From: Stramenopiles sp. TOSAG23-2
Lineage: Eukaryota
Length of the DNA: 36,528 nt
Assembly (NCBI GenBank): GCA_900128395.1
Contig: LT649336.1
Coordinates: forward strand, 1-36,528
Direction of reading: 5' to 3'
Part shown: positions 23,701-34,835 of the stretch, piece after piece
Position numbering within the stretch: position 1 is the stretch's first letter
How the letters are laid out: each line of letters begins with the position of its first letter
Translations under genes and position numbers: made by a program
Notes under the pieces: model-generated
Database searches by the model: none
Seen by the model: the letters and a program-made list of their open reading frames with translations, nothing else
Told to the model about the DNA's origin: nothing

Positions 23701-26700
23701 TGATTGTATTTGCAGCACCAATTTGTTTGTGCGTATTTGGATTTTTCAACATATTGAACAAACGCCGCATTAATGAATCAATCTGCACAGGGTTCGACTC
23801 ATTACTACCGCTGCTGGAACTGCTACTGCTTCCTCTACTTTTACGTGAACGAGAATTGTTTTGTTTTATAGCCCATTTCAAAAATTCCGCTAAAGCTCGT
23901 GTGCTTACATCCTTTAGTGCAGCATCCTTATCGTTGCTTGCTCCAATCACGACACAGTTCAACCACGTAACCGTCTCTGGTGCAGTTTGGTTAGTTTTAC
24001 GTGATTTAGCTCTGGAAAACCAATGGCAAAGTTGCTTTACAAGTGGTTCAAATAAATTTCTTGTAAAATCGTATGAATCTGTTGCTAAACGTAAAATGCA
24101 CGGGAAAACTTTTTCGTATATTTGACACAATTCTGGTTGATTCACCTGTGGTAACATATACAAGATAATAGTATGCAATGCTTCGCATGCAGTTGTTTTA
24201 ATATCATAGTCACCGCTCAGCTCTGCTAATTCAATTATTCGAGGAATAATTTCAGTAAGATCCAATTTATATTTAGCATTTATTTGGTCAAATATCAATT
24301 CAATTTTCAACACATCTTTTGAACTGGTCCATCGTAATCCTTTTGCAATGTCTTTCTCCGATGACCCAACTATGTCATGTACACGTCCACCAATTCTTCC
24401 TAGAAAATTCAGGATATATGTTCGTAAGCTGTCCCTTCCTTCTGCATTACTTTTACTTGCTTTCTTCGACTCTTGGTGCGCTTCTTCTTCATCTTCTAAT
24501 AAATATTCGTTTAATTTTGGTAAAATAGATGGTAAACATTCATCGAGCTTATCATCAGACAATGTTTGACGCCATTTTTCTAATGCTTTTACAGCAACCC
24601 ATGCCACTGGTCGATAAGAGCGGCCAATAGTTAATGCACTTTGTAAAATGGGGGTTTGAACTTTCAAAAAATATTCCATCATTTGATGCGGAGCGGACAA
24701 TATCATTTTTGCTGCAGAAACAAACAGTTCGTCGCGATATTGTGTAGAACGCCTTTGTATTGTTTCAACGTATGATAAAACAATTTCAAAGCACTTTTCA
24801 CGATCGTCTTTAATCACACTATTCTTATCATTCACATTGCCGCTGTTACTATTATTGCTAAAGAAGTTTCTCATTTGGTTCTTATCATTAAAAAAATTTC
24901 CTTCACTGCATAATTCAAAAAAAATTTGAATGATTTTATAAAAACCACTTACTTCATAATGATCTAGAGATAATGGTATTAGTTTTGTCAGGAATGGGAT
25001 GGCCCATTTCAAACTACATTGCACGTATCTGTTGTACAAGGTATTTGACAGTTTACGTTTTAAAATTTGATTAATTGACGTATAAAATTCAATTAAATTC
25101 AAAAAATGATTATAATCAATTGGATTTTGTGGTTCTTTTAAATGTTTTCGCAACATAAATTGTGTCACTTCATTTTCATTATTAGTAGATTGAGTCAGTG
25201 CCTCATTTTCATCATCCTTGTCCATATCATCTAATTCAGGATCCTTCAGTGCCAAATTGAAACTTTGCAACTTGTTTAATATAGACTTAATTAATGCATT
25301 TATGATACTTTGTGCCACATATAATTCATCTCTGCATGTCCATTTATGAGATGATGACTGTGCAATAATATTTCCTTCACCATTATTGCTGTTATTGCTA
25401 GTACTACGTTCGGATAAAAATATAAATGGTTCACTTAATGCATAAATTAAAATTTCACTCATAAATTTCGAGTATACATCAGATAATTTGAAATTTACGA
25501 AGGAATCCTCAACCTTATTACTGTTCATATCATAAGTGATTCTTTGTAATGCTTCAACTTTGTACATTGACATATTCATACACTCTACAACAATACTGTC
25601 TAAAGTTGCCAGGAAAGTTTCATTATTTTTCGTCGTAGCATCCATTAAATGAACCATTTCTTTAGCAAAATTTATACGATCACTATCTTTGTATCTTTTT
25701 TCCCATGTCTGGTAATAGTTATGGACGACATGGCGTAAAACTTTGCTCAACGGATCGTACAATGCAGCATCAAGACTCTCTTCCGGCATGTAGTATATTA
25801 TGGATGAACATGCAGATATCATTGCTTGTTCATCACTTCCTTTTGCATAAATTTCACTATACCCATTTGAGTAATAATTTGCCGCACTATTGCGCGATGT
25901 TAAAATATTGGACATGTAATTTTTGAGCAATTTATTAATAATTATGTCCTTCAGCTCTTGCGTTGAATCATTAAATTTTGCTTTCATTGCGCCAGCAAAA
26001 TCTCCAATGATATAAATACCAAGTTCTTGCGTTTTGCGACTTTTATCTTGTAAAAGATTCATTGTAGACTTCATAACCAGTTGGAATATAATATCATATC
26101 TTTTCATATCTTCACTATTGGCAACAATAGTAGTGTTTCTCTCTGAAGTAGTGGTAGTTGTATCCATTTCCATCATCATCATCATCATCATGCTATTATT
26201 GTTACTACTACTACTACTACTGCTATTATTGTTGTTGTTATTGTCATTATTTATCTTTTCGTTGTGAAAATTATATATTTCATTATTAAATACACGTATG
26301 ACAGCACGTAAACCAAATATTACAAATTCACGTAGTGTTTTTTTATCTTTACTTAAAAATATAGTTAATAGGAGACGATATATTTTTTCACCATTTTTAA
26401 TAATCCTTTTTGAAAATAAATGAGAATGTTTTGAAATAAATTCAATACCAGCTTTTGGTACGCTATAACGTTTTAAATCTTGACGAACATAAATGGTTTT
26501 TTCGTATATGCAAGAAAATAAATCATTCATTTCATTTTTTTTGCTGAAAATATCAGAAATACATGTACCATCTTTAAATTTATCGATTATTTCAATAGCA
26601 GCACTTAATCCATTAATAGCTCCTGAAATGATATTAGCTTTCCCATCGCCACCTTCTTTAGCATATTCACCAGTTAATCCGTTCAATAACGTACGATATA

Positions 26701-27400
26701 TTCCATCCCTATTGTTTTTCAATTCGAGTGGATAAACAGAATATAAACGACCCAGTAATTCCAATGCGGAACCTTTCAATACCCCATACGCTTTTGCACC
26801 TTTTCCAATGAGATTTAGTGTCATATCATAAAGCGGTCGTGACTGTCTACCGACATTATTAGTGAAAAAACCCACCTTGAACTGTGACGCCGTCACCAGC
26901 GGTGTTCCGTTATCATCCAATTCACTTGGTGAAGCTTTTAATATTTCAAACAACAGGTTAAATACAGGGGTGCGTACAGTTGCTGATTTATTTTCACGCA
27001 TTAAAACTTGATAAGATACCTCGATAATTTTATTGAGAAAAGTTTTATATTGTGCAAGATTATTGGTATCAGCTTTGAACAATGACGTAAGTTGAACGAC
27101 AACTTCTTTTCTAGCTTCATTCATTTCCTTATCTCCATTTCTTCGATTAATGGAAGCTTTATTCAAAAAGGTAAGGATATCCGGTGGATCATCAGAACAG
27201 AGTAAGAGTGAGATAGCACGTGTATGCAAAGACCTATTACTTTGAATTGTTTCTGTTTTACTAATGTTGAAAGCACTCTCCACTAATTGTTTTGGGCTAG
27301 CTTGCGATGTTTTGATTCCTTTCTCCGCAGAATCTGCAAGTTTTAATAAAACATCTTGAAGTCTTGATATCTCCAAGGAGGAGGTATTCATCGACGTCAT
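14714..27400 (-). CDS. PRKDC: DNA-dependent protein kinase catalytic subunit; exons 27400-22787 and 22270-14714, ~4056 aa
   Basis: PIKK motifs EIPGQY, FLAKSDEDLRNDQR, GIGDRHLGN and [23 protein letters not shown]; DNA-PK-like LYRSYRIGELPD and FEPLVKQLCHWF; FATC-like end. A phase-0 GT-AG intron joins the two track ORFs in frame. Confidence 0.93.
22271..22786 (-). other. Spliceosomal intron of PRKDC (516 nt, phase 0)
   Basis: GGG|GTATGT donor at 22786, branch site TGACTAAC at 22300-22293, TATTAG|GAA acceptor at 22271; joins ...IASG to EHKSTL... in frame. Confidence 0.88.
22364..22735 (-). ncRNA. Intronic box C/D structured RNA (~372 nt); candidate telomerase RNA
   Basis: TTGGC-T-GTGATGA (C box 22729-22723)...CTGA (D box 22372-22369)-GCCAA terminal K-turn; long-range helices; TAACCCTAAC at 22652-22643 directly 3' of a long hairpin. 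Confidence 0.7.
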
Positions 27401-27865
27401 TCTTCTCCTTACAATTTGTTTTTTGTATTTTCTGTTTTTGTTATATATGATATTACTATGTATTTTTATATATATATATATATTTATATATGTTCATTTT
27501 AGTGTTGACTATTAGCATTTAGCATGTAATTACTATATATATTGAAATTATAAAATTATCATTCATTTCTTAGTTAATAAAGTATTATTCATCATCAATT
27601 TTTTTTTGATGATTTTTAAAAAAATTTTTGATCAATAGATTTGATATTCCCTCCCGAACTGTATATATTAGTCTAATAACTAATTAGCCTATTTATTATT
27701 AATACTACTGGTATACGCCTAGACAGTATGTATATGACCTGCAAAAAAATAGCATATTAGATTTTTTTGGAAAGTGGTAGTTTTTTGAGATTACTACTGG
27801 ATTACCATGCCCGCATGCCCTTACCAACATAAACAGCATGGATTACAATTATTTTTCTTTCGAAA

Positions 27866-27874
27866 TACCAGGTA
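27866..27874. promoter_or_regulatory. TACCWGGTA motif in the PRKDC/NSE3 divergent region
   Basis: TACCAGGTA about 160 nt upstream of the NSE3 ATG. Confidence 0.4.
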
Positions 27875-28032
27875 ACACAATAAACAACAACACACCACAC
27901 AACACACAACAATGATAAAAATATATACAAATCAAAATATGATAGAATACACATATATTATCTAAAATAATATGTAATGCATTTTTGATAGAAAGAAACA
28001 AAACAGAAAACAAATAAACAACAAAGAAAATC

Positions 28033-29136
28033 ATGCCAAAAAAGCGTAATGTTGGAAGCTCTTCTTCTTCTTCTTCGAACAAACGTCGTAAAAAAAACGG
28101 TGCTAGTTCCACGACAACTACAACGACAACTACGACGACGACAACTACTACACGTCAAAATGAACAAAACGACCCTGCATTCAAATATTCACAAGGTAAT
28201 TTGAAATATCCACGTATGACATTAATACCAAAAAAAGGTTTAACAGTAGATCGTGAAGAATTATCATGTGAAATTGACACAATCAAAGAATACGAAAATT
28301 TAGTTAATCCAAATTCTCGAAATGCGTTGGAAATAAGTCTTTTCCGCTACGTTGTATTTACAGGTTTATCAGGTGAACAACTTAAAATAAATGAAAAATG
28401 GTATACTCAACAACGCTTGTTAAAAAATTATAAAGGTGGTGATAGGAAAATCATTAAAGAGGTATTACTTTACAGAACTAGAATAGCTGTTCGAGACGTA
28501 TTTGGCTTCGACGTCGTAAGAAAAGGTTGTTATGAAGAAGTTGAAGATGAAGGTGAGAAAAGCTTTGTATGGAAAGTGGATAGGCAAAAAAAAGATGCTC
28601 ATTATCTAGTAAATATTCTTGCAGACCCTCCAATTCGTGAGAAAGAAGAGGAAGACGACGACGAGGGGAATGATGATATTTCTGAAACATTTCAAAAAGA
28701 AGCAGATGTTGTTGACAATCACTATTTAGCATTAAAAACGACAGAGTATGACAAAGCAGAAAAGGGATTTTTACAAGTTGTATTAGCAATTGTAGATGCA
28801 TCTCGAGATCGAAAAATTGATGAGACTACGTTATTAAGAGAATTGAATGAGAATTTTTTTCCAAACTTGGATCTTACTGCAACAAAATCAAAATCAAAAA
28901 AAGGGAATGATCGTGATCCAGTCTTAGGAAATGTCAGAAAATTAGTTACGGAACAATTTGTTGCTGATGGATATCTTAGTAAAGAAAAAAATCGTGAAGA
29001 GGGTTCATCGATTGAATATAGATTAGGTGGTAAAGCATCTTATGTTATGAAGCCACAGGATATGATATCGTTTGGTTTAAATACTTCTAAAGTAAATATT
29101 GATAATCAAGAATGGAACAAATTAGTGGAAGCTTGA
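28033..29136 (+). CDS. NSE3: MAGE-homology-domain protein, Nse3/MAGE-G1 subunit of Smc5/6
   Basis: MAGE-like segments VRDVFGFDV, EKGFLQVVLAIV, LGNVRKLVTEQFVADGYL and IEYRLGGKA; basic, low-complexity N-terminus. Confidence 0.8.
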   Translation: MPKKRNVGSSSSSSSNKRRKKNGASSTTTTTTTTTTTTTTRQNEQNDPAFKYSQGNLKYPRMTLIPKKGLTVDREELSCEIDTIKEYENLVNPNSRNALEISLFRYVVFTGLSGEQLKINEKWYTQQRLLKNYKGGDRKIIKEVLLYRTRIAVRDVFGFDVVRKGCYEEVEDEGEKSFVWKVDRQKKDAHYLVNILADPPIREKEEEDDDEGNDDISETFQKEADVVDNHYLALKTTEYDKAEKGFLQVVLAIVDASRDRKIDETTLLRELNENFFPNLDLTATKSKSKKGNDRDPVLGNVRKLVTEQFVADGYLSKEKNREEGSSIEYRLGGKASYVMKPQDMISFGLNTSKVNIDNQEWNKLVEA

Positions 29137-29659
29137 AAAAAGATACGACGTTCGTATATATATAATTAATTTACGCGTTCGTATATATATATATAATATA
29201 TATGATATCCTATTTATAAATATTGATATAATCTCATAAATATAATCGTATATCATATCATACGTCGTATGATATTTAAAAATTTTTGAGTGTGGTGTGT
29301 TTTTGATATAATTAAATTTACACTTTTATAATTTTATATTTTTTAATAAAAAGGAGAAAAAATGTGACTATAGTATGTGTGTATTATATTTATGATACGA
29401 AAATAATATTACGAAATAATTTTATTGGTTTGATAACATCTCTATTTACCTCATCGGTAACTTTCTGTTACAGGGGTTATTGACACATTTTGTGAGAGAT
29501 AGATATTAATATTGGCTCAGTCACTGTATTCTTTTGAGAGTAGGAATTGTCAAAATGGGTTAGGAATAAAAAAATTAAAAAATAATTAAAATATATAAAT
29601 TTTATAAAAATTTTATAAATACGTAATACTCATAATTTTTTACGCGCGTATTAATTTTT

Positions 29660-31168
29660 TTACAACTTTGATGATTGTCTAAAATCATCAATTAAACTAG
29701 TCAACTTATTTGTACTATGATTACTATTTTGATCTAATCCAGATTCAATAAATCGTATTAAGCTACTTTTCATTTTCGTTTCTGTAGCATTTGCTGGTGC
29801 AGCTTGATACACACCTCCATCTTCACTTCCAGATGATTTACTATTACTAGTACTAGTAGCAATATTATTATTATTACTCAAAGTCTTTGCTTTTTCTATC
29901 AAATCTAACATTACATTATTTAAATCAGTACAAAACTTATTGCATGTATGAATATGCTGTTCACCAATACAAATACCAAGTGCTGAAGGGTTCTCTCCAC
30001 TAAATAATGCCCATCCTTTTTTTCGCATTTCTTTGTTAATTTGTCTGTTTGTAATTGTATTAGGCATGGATGATCGAAAACCAACTATACATATTTCGGA
30101 AGCGCCAATCGTCTCAACACCGACAATTGAATGAACTCCATCTTTCATTGTGATATACGCCTCGTGTATATGTTTTAATGTATTATTGTAATGTTTTAAC
30201 ATAAACTTCATAGTTGCCCATGACGCGGCAATTGGTCCACCACTTCTACTACCTTGTAATGTTGGTGTGATATAACCACCTCCGGTTGCTTTACCGCCTT
30301 TTACTGGGGCTACTGGATGAAACACAAATTGCCTTAGCTGATTGTTACGAAAGATTACTGCGCTTACACCTTTGCTGGAAAATCCATACTTATGCAAATC
30401 AATAGAGATGGAAGTAACACCTAGGTTTTCAAATCCATTTGCTGCATCGATTGCATACCCATCATGTGATAATAAATTCAAATTTCTTGTATATTGCAAC
30501 AATATCCCTCCTAAACAATTATCAATATGCAATCCGATATCGTATTCTTTTGCTAATTCTGATAAACTTTTGATATCATCAACAACGCCATGTGGAAACG
30601 TCGGTGCGGAGGAATAAATCATAATTGTATTTTTTGTTATGAGCGGCTCAACTTCATGTCTTGAGATTCTTTGCGTTATTTCATCTGGTTTCACTAAAAT
30701 CAATTTCATCCCGAAATAGAAACATGCTTTGTGACATGCGCCATGGCAAGTAGATGCAGCGATAATCTCCGGAGTCTTAATATTTTTCGAATATGCCCAC
30801 TCTCTATGTGCTAATAAAGCTAATAAAATACTTTCTGTTCCACCAGAGGCCAGTAAGCCTTTTTGAGCATCTTGTTGACCTTTACAGAAAGTAATACACA
30901 ATTTTATTAAATCTGTTTGCATGTTGGCAATTGATGGCCAAACAGTCGGATACAATGCATTTGTTGAACTAAATAGACGAAAAGCTTCATTTTGAATTTT
31001 GGCCACTGTCTTACCTATAGATTCATTGGACTCCTTATCATAGTAAATTCCACCCCATCTTTGCTTTGTTGCTTCACTTGATAAATCTTCTGTATCTTTT
31101 TCGTTTATTAGATCCAATAAACGTAAAACTTCATTGGAACTTTGTTCTATTAATTTGTTGCTATTCAT
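29660..31168 (-). CDS. SGPL1: Sphingosine-1-phosphate lyase-like PLP enzyme; no N-terminal TM; C-terminal SKL
   Basis: SGGTESILLA, HKACFYFG, SAPTFPHGVVDDI, LHIDNCLGG, SISIDLHKYG (PLP lysine) and TPTLQGSRSGG. Confidence 0.88.
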   Translation of the reverse strand: MNSNKLIEQSSNEVLRLLDLINEKDTEDLSSEATKQRWGGIYYDKESNESIGKTVAKIQNEAFRLFSSTNALYPTVWPSIANMQTDLIKLCITFCKGQQDAQKGLLASGGTESILLALLAHREWAYSKNIKTPEIIAASTCHGACHKACFYFGMKLILVKPDEITQRISRHEVEPLITKNTIMIYSSAPTFPHGVVDDIKSLSELAKEYDIGLHIDNCLGGILLQYTRNLNLLSHDGYAIDAANGFENLGVTSISIDLHKYGFSSKGVSAVIFRNNQLRQFVFHPVAPVKGGKATGGGYITPTLQGSRSGGPIAASWATMKFMLKHYNNTLKHIHEAYITMKDGVHSIVGVETIGASEICIVGFRSSMPNTITNRQINKEMRKKGWALFSGENPSALGICIGEQHIHTCNKFCTDLNNVMLDLIEKAKTLSNNNNIATSTSNSKSSGSEDGGVYQAAPANATETKMKSSLIRFIESGLDQNSNHSTNKLTSLIDDFRQSSKL

Positions 31169-31323
31169 TATTTTTATATTTATGTTTCAATTCTTTTTTT
31201 CTCTTTGATCTCTTGCCAACATAATGTTACAGTATATCATCTGTTGTTGCTTCTATAATTATTACGTAAAATACATTTTGACATAACCTATTATTTTGTA
31301 TACAAGTGCACAATAATATTATT

Positions 31324-31332
31324 TACCAGGTA
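31324..31332. promoter_or_regulatory. TACCWGGTA motif in the SGPL1/TPR divergent region
   Basis: TACCAGGTA about 155 nt upstream of the SGPL1 ATG. Confidence 0.4.
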
Positions 31333-31766
31333 AAGCAAAGCTGGAAAGCACGCGTTGTCCAGCTTAAGCTGTCGTCAGTTGCCTAGTCTAGCTACTGGCC
31401 TAACCAGCTAACACCGTGGTATAGACCAATTAACATACCATTTGTCATGTTTAAGGATTTTATCGATTACTTCTATTTTATAATCTAATTAGTATAAAAT
31501 TATGCATAAGAGATTTCCGGCTTGCGCTGTGGTACTTGGTATATTTCTGTACTCTGGTTATAAGTTTTTATAAGAAGCGCTAATAACGACGCGAGGCGTT
31601 ACAGTAAATATTTCATACATGTATCATATTTTTGTCTGTACTAATAATATATATATTTAATAATAATAGTCGTCGTCTAGGTACAAAACAGAAAAAAAGT
31701 GAAAAAAGAAACAAAACACAGAACACAGAACACAACAAACAGCATCATAAATCAATCAATTACAAG

Positions 31767-34217
31767 ATGGATGTAGATAATTTAGCTGATAGCAGCGTGG
31801 ATAAAACATTTTTGAAATCGAAGTTTGTATATAATGAAAATAAATCAATGGTAGCGAAGAAAAGATTATTGCAAGAAGTTAAAATGGATGTTATGACTTT
31901 TCATAATATACGTACACGTGCTAAATCGTTGCACCAACAAGGAAAATTTATTGAAGCAATCGCTGAGTATACAAAAACGATTGAAATATTAACAAAAATT
32001 ATTCATGTAGAAGCAGGACGAGCGGCTGAAGAAGAGATTCTAGAAGAAGAAGAAATACGTAGAAAAGAAGAAGAAAGATTAAAGTGGGAAAAATATGAAA
32101 ATGAAAAACAACAAAAGAAACTGCGTTTAACTAATAGAAGGAAGGTTAAAAAAGACAATAATAACATTAATAATGATAAAAAGAATGGAAATGATATAAA
32201 GAACGAAGGTGAAAGTGATAGTTTGCCTGAGCAACAGCAACACTCTTCTCCCATCGATAATGAACAACAAGATGATGATTGCGATGATAATAATAATAAT
32301 AATAACATTGAAGAATCTCCAATATCTCCAAGAAAATTAGCAGAACGTAAAAAGTTTCGAGCATATAAACTCTCAAAACATCTACAACAAATAGTGCCAA
32401 CTGAACAAGTTGTACGAATATATTTGGGCCGCGCATCTTGCTTCAGTAAATTAAGTGATCATCGTCGTTCTATTGAAGATGCAAATTCGGCGTTAAGTTT
32501 GGATCCATCTAATATTAAAGCATATGTTCGGCGTGGCGAATCATTAATGCAATTACAACAGTTTCGAGAGGCAAGTGATACATATCGTGATGGGTTGAAG
32601 ATCGATCCATCACATCGTTCGTTAAAAAAAGGGTTTCAAGATAGTTTAAGAGGTTTACGTGTGCAGTGGCATCAATATTTTCCAACTTATGGTCATACTA
32701 GTGCATCTACTGAAATTGCTGGAGATCCAACTGATGCGCCAAGTGGTGTAAATCGATTATTAGAAAGTTTTATAAATCCAACAGAGGCGCATCAAGATGT
32801 TGAAATAAAAGAAGTATGTGCACAGAGTGGTATGCATTTTGATATATTAGATTTATTAAAACAAGAAGCACAGTGGTGGACCACAAATGCTATGAGGTAT
32901 GCAGAAGCTGTTGCGCAATCAAGAGATTTTGATAGTGCACGCGTACAAGTAATACGAGCATTAATTAAGCATAAGAATGATATGTTATTACTGTTTACTA
33001 AATATTGTGAGGCTGACTATGATGAACGTTTAACTCGTTCATATCGATTATCATCCTTCGTTACTCAAGGGATGGATGGAGGAGACAACCATGTCTACGC
33101 TAATAATAATAATAATAATAACAACAACAACAACAACAACAACAAGGGCAATTTGCAACACACACCAAAACCACCGATATCGAAAACAAAGAACAATCTT
33201 AATAACAATAAATCATCACGGCATGGAAATAATCTTGCACCAGCTGCTATTCATCATCACCGCCCACCATATACTCCAAAAAGTGAAAGATTGACTTTAT
33301 CATATGAAATGTGCAAACGTATGTTCTTAGATTTTGGTTTAATAACACCATCTTTTGGTAAAACAATACTTGAAAATGCATGGAAACAAGCTAATTCAAA
33401 TTTGTTGAATGTTCCTAAAACCCCGTTGATAAATCGCCCATCTAATCCAAAAACGTTACTTGTACGTAAGGAGCAAAAGTTAATGCCGTTGCCGACATCA
33501 AACGATACTAATAATAACAAAAATGCAACACAAAAAAAACAATCACAAAAGAAAAACAATAGTAATAATAATAATGAAGATGATAGTTTGACCAACATGG
33601 CGCTAGGATTTACATTATTGTTTCCGAAGTTTTTAGAAGTGGTAGTCCGTGTATCATATGCACGGTATAAACCTATCACATCTGATGGAATAAAACCACC
33701 AACATTTGTGGAACGGTTAGAAAATGCATTGAATAAACATTTCATTCCATCAGCAATTGCTATACGTGCAGCATCGGAAGCTGGTACATCACAACCGTCA
33801 TTAGTCACCGCGGAAACAGATTCAGCATGGATTAATGAAAACGTGCTAGAAGTCATGGAGATCTACAAGCCGCGACTTGGTAAGGTGTTTGATTATTTCT
33901 CTCAGAAAGATCGTGCATCTAAAAAAATGGATTTAGTGGAATTTTTATATGTTCTTAAAAGTTTGGGCTTGGTAGATGTACAACGTGCTACATTACATGC
34001 TGGATGTAAAATATTTGTATCAATATGTGGTTACATTGGTGCTATTGATGTAGATAAAATAGATTTAGATGATTTTGTTGAAGCATTGGCACGATTTGGT
34101 GATATTCGCACACATGATGGTATGGTTAGTCTGCCAAAACGTTTAAATGCTTTTTTTAGTAATGTTGTATTGCAAAAGGCAAGGCATAGAACAGATATAG
34201 CTGCTTTATGGTTGTGA
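31767..34217 (+). CDS. TPR-repeat protein with C-terminal EF-hand-like helical modules, ~816 aa
   Basis: ATG at 31767 (the track starts at TTG). TPRs: AKSLHQQGKFIEAIAEYTKTI, YLGRASCF...ALSLDP, KAYVRRGE...GLKIDP. C-terminal FLEVVVRVS, MDLVEF and DFVEALARF modules. Confidence 0.85.
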   Translation: MDVDNLADSSVDKTFLKSKFVYNENKSMVAKKRLLQEVKMDVMTFHNIRTRAKSLHQQGKFIEAIAEYTKTIEILTKIIHVEAGRAAEEEILEEEEIRRKEEERLKWEKYENEKQQKKLRLTNRRKVKKDNNNINNDKKNGNDIKNEGESDSLPEQQQHSSPIDNEQQDDDCDDNNNNNNIEESPISPRKLAERKKFRAYKLSKHLQQIVPTEQVVRIYLGRASCFSKLSDHRRSIEDANSALSLDPSNIKAYVRRGESLMQLQQFREASDTYRDGLKIDPSHRSLKKGFQDSLRGLRVQWHQYFPTYGHTSASTEIAGDPTDAPSGVNRLLESFINPTEAHQDVEIKEVCAQSGMHFDILDLLKQEAQWWTTNAMRYAEAVAQSRDFDSARVQVIRALIKHKNDMLLLFTKYCEADYDERLTRSYRLSSFVTQGMDGGDNHVYANNNNNNNNNNNNNNKGNLQHTPKPPISKTKNNLNNNKSSRHGNNLAPAAIHHHRPPYTPKSERLTLSYEMCKRMFLDFGLITPSFGKTILENAWKQANSNLLNVPKTPLINRPSNPKTLLVRKEQKLMPLPTSNDTNNNKNATQKKQSQKKNNSNNNNEDDSLTNMALGFTLLFPKFLEVVVRVSYARYKPITSDGIKPPTFVERLENALNKHFIPSAIAIRAASEAGTSQPSLVTAETDSAWINENVLEVMEIYKPRLGKVFDYFSQKDRASKKMDLVEFLYVLKSLGLVDVQRATLHAGCKIFVSICGYIGAIDVDKIDLDDFVEALARFGDIRTHDGMVSLPKRLNAFFSNVVLQKARHRTDIAALWL

Positions 34218-34737
34218 TAGGATGTAAACATGTATACGTATCATTTGATGCTTTGAGTTGAGAGAGTAAGAATATTTCATACAAATAGATGTATAATAAC
34301 AATACCATTACTATTCGCATATTTTCCCTCAAATTTCATTAAAATCAACATTTTTGACCTAAATTCTTATAATTCCTTGTTATGATGGTGGATTTTTCAT
34401 TCTATTACAAGAAAACAAAGGAAAAATATTGAAAATACCTTTTGAAAGTTAGGCTCCACTAGTATACCATTTTTCCTATCAATTGGCAAAATAATTTTGA
34501 CATTTCTTGTTTTCAGAAATTAGGGATAGCAGAATTTCAGGCATCAAATTTATACATTAAAATTTGTACTTGACTAAATTATTAATTTACAGAAATGACT
34601 AAAAAAAACTATAAAATTCATAGAAATCATTAAATTATAAAAATATCCATTTTTTAAAACACAAAATACATATAAAAATAACATCGTCATTTGAACAATT
34701 TCATCCTTTTCTTACAATTACATATAATTACCATTAA

Positions 34738-34835
34738 TATGAAATCATACAAAATATCATATTTTAGATGGAAATTCACTTTTTCAACTATGAAATCATA
34801 CAAAATATCATATTTTAGATGGAAATTCACTTTTT
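34738..34835. repeat. Tandem duplication, period 51, 47 identical bases
   Basis: tatgaaatcatacaaaatatcatattttagatggaaattcacttttt at 34738-34784 and 34789-34835. Confidence 0.9.

Noticed and set aside
34738-34835. CRISPR-like repeat-spacer
   Set aside because: Only two copies separated by 4 nt, eukaryotic context, no cas genes.
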